Shown here: in pieces, positions 62,969 to 64,000 of the stretch
Numbering within the stretch: the first letter of the stretch is position 1
Layout of the letters: every line of letters begins with the position of its first letter
Source: an uncultured delta proteobacterium
Lineage (GTDB): Bacteria > Desulfobacterota > Syntrophobacteria > BM002
DNA length: 64,000 nt
Direction of reading: 5' to 3'
NCBI GenBank assembly: GCA_963712115.1
Contig: CAVQGX010000043.1
Span: 73,072 to 137,071, forward strand
The notes under the pieces: generated by a model
Told to the model about the DNA's origin: nothing
The model's input: only the letters and a program-made list of their open reading frames with translations
Databases searched by the model: none
Position numbers and translations under genes: made by a program

Positions 62969-63054
62969 TCCGTCGAGACCTTTTTAACATTACGGTGTTT
63001 AGTAAGAGTAGCTCGAAACAGACAACTCAGTGACTATTCACCCCAATCTCGGAT

Positions 63055-63210
63055 AAATTCGAAATTCCAAATCCGAAGCACGAAACAAATCCGAAATTCT
63101 AATTTTCAAATGTTCAAAACAAAGCGAGTAGACGAAACTATGGGTTTGGAGCATTGCGATTTTGGTGATTTGAATTTGTTTAGGATTTCGATATTCGGAT
63201 TTCGGATTTG
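63055..63210. repeat. 7-mer-repeat palindromic element, homologous to 10487-10678
   Basis: Shared AAATTCGAAATTC..AAT...AAGCACGAAACAAAT...TTTCAAATGTTC arm and complementary arm. Confidence 0.82.
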
Positions 63211-63238
63211 CTCCCCTTTTGTACTTTTAAACTCAACT

Positions 63239-63859
63239 CTATCTTGCCCTGGAATCCATGGCTTGGCCCGAAGATTTACCTCCATGCTGGCGGACATAGG
63301 TGATGAAATCTTCTACACAGGTCAGGTGGATGTCCAATTCGTTTCCGTACCTACCTACAATGAAGGCATCGTGGGCATCGCTGTTGCGGAACGTCAAGAT
63401 GCCTCTCTGTGCGGCATTTTTTTTTGCCATGGCTTCGGCTTCGCGGTGCATGTTACTGCTGGCTACTTCCATGCCGTTCGGTTGGGCATGTTTCAGCCAG
63501 CTTGGCCGCTTTGAGCTAAAGCGGAAGGGATGGGCCCAGATGACAATTCCGCCATAATTGTGGACCAAAGGAATCAGATCAAGTACGGAGCACCAGCCGG
63601 GAATGTCGCCGTTTTCAGGGTTGGGAAGAAATACCAGGAAATGCCCCTCGGGGCACGAATGTTCCATGCCCCGCATGATCGTTAGTTGTGGAAATCTTTG
63701 TTGCAGTTCCTGGATCTCAGATGGAGGCCTCCAAAGATCATGCTCGGTCAGGGCTATTCCCGCCAGCCCTGAGTCAACAGCCCTTTGGCACATTTCCTCA
63801 GCCGAACTTATAGAGCAATCCGAATACTCGCGGGTATGAATATGGAAGTCATATAGCAT
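63239..63859 (-). CDS. PHP-domain phosphoesterase
   Basis: DFHIHT, LTEHD, GME, WAHP, NSDAH. Confidence 0.88.
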   Translation of the reverse strand: MLYDFHIHTREYSDCSISSAEEMCQRAVDSGLAGIALTEHDLWRPPSEIQELQQRFPQLTIMRGMEHSCPEGHFLVFLPNPENGDIPGWCSVLDLIPLVHNYGGIVIWAHPFRFSSKRPSWLKHAQPNGMEVASSNMHREAEAMAKKNAAQRGILTFRNSDAHDAFIVGRYGNELDIHLTCVEDFITYVRQHGGKSSGQAMDSRAR

Positions 63860-64000
63860 TTAGCAGGCAGAATCCCATGTAGAGAGTTTAAGATGTCGCA
63901 ATCAAAAGAAGTCGAAGACTCCTGAACAAACCTCTTAAAAATGTTCAAAAACATATGATAGTATCTGTAGCGGGGAAGTTTAACACTTCACAGCACCAAT

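Overview
A 64 kb chromosomal segment from a dissimilatory sulfate/sulfite-reducing Desulfobacterota-like bacterium, probably a long-read assembly. The left end carries putA (running off the edge) and a reductive dsr locus in the non-canonical order dsrD // dsrA-dsrB-dsrN-dsrC. dsrD and dsrA each have their own sigma70 promoter with an identical Rex-like palindrome. The rest is housekeeping and accessory genes: TPR proteins, SlyD, ihfB, a probable CC-adding tRNA nucleotidyltransferase, PolB, TatD, MoaD/MoeB, a sirtuin, CysQ, CoADR-rhodanese, a Mo/W-bisPGD enzyme, FabV and others. The best candidate for an undescribed system is an apparent all-pseudoenzyme signalling operon at 18.4-22.5 kb: a MerR-like HTH/PAS/dead class III cyclase fusion, a membrane 3xGAF protein with no output domain, and a non-phosphorylatable receiver. 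It is preceded by five copies of a TACTGTCTAA/TTAGAC motif, one overlapping the -10 box. Other notable signals are a candidate structured RNA leader at 33.8-34.06 kb, about 15 intergenic 7/8/9-mer-repeat hairpin elements (including a 117-bp identical inverted pair and a nested ~39-nt hairpin insert seen twice), and six single-base frameshifts clustered at 56-63 kb. No rRNA, tRNA, CRISPR array or transposase was recognised. All calls come from reading motifs by eye; no searches were run.
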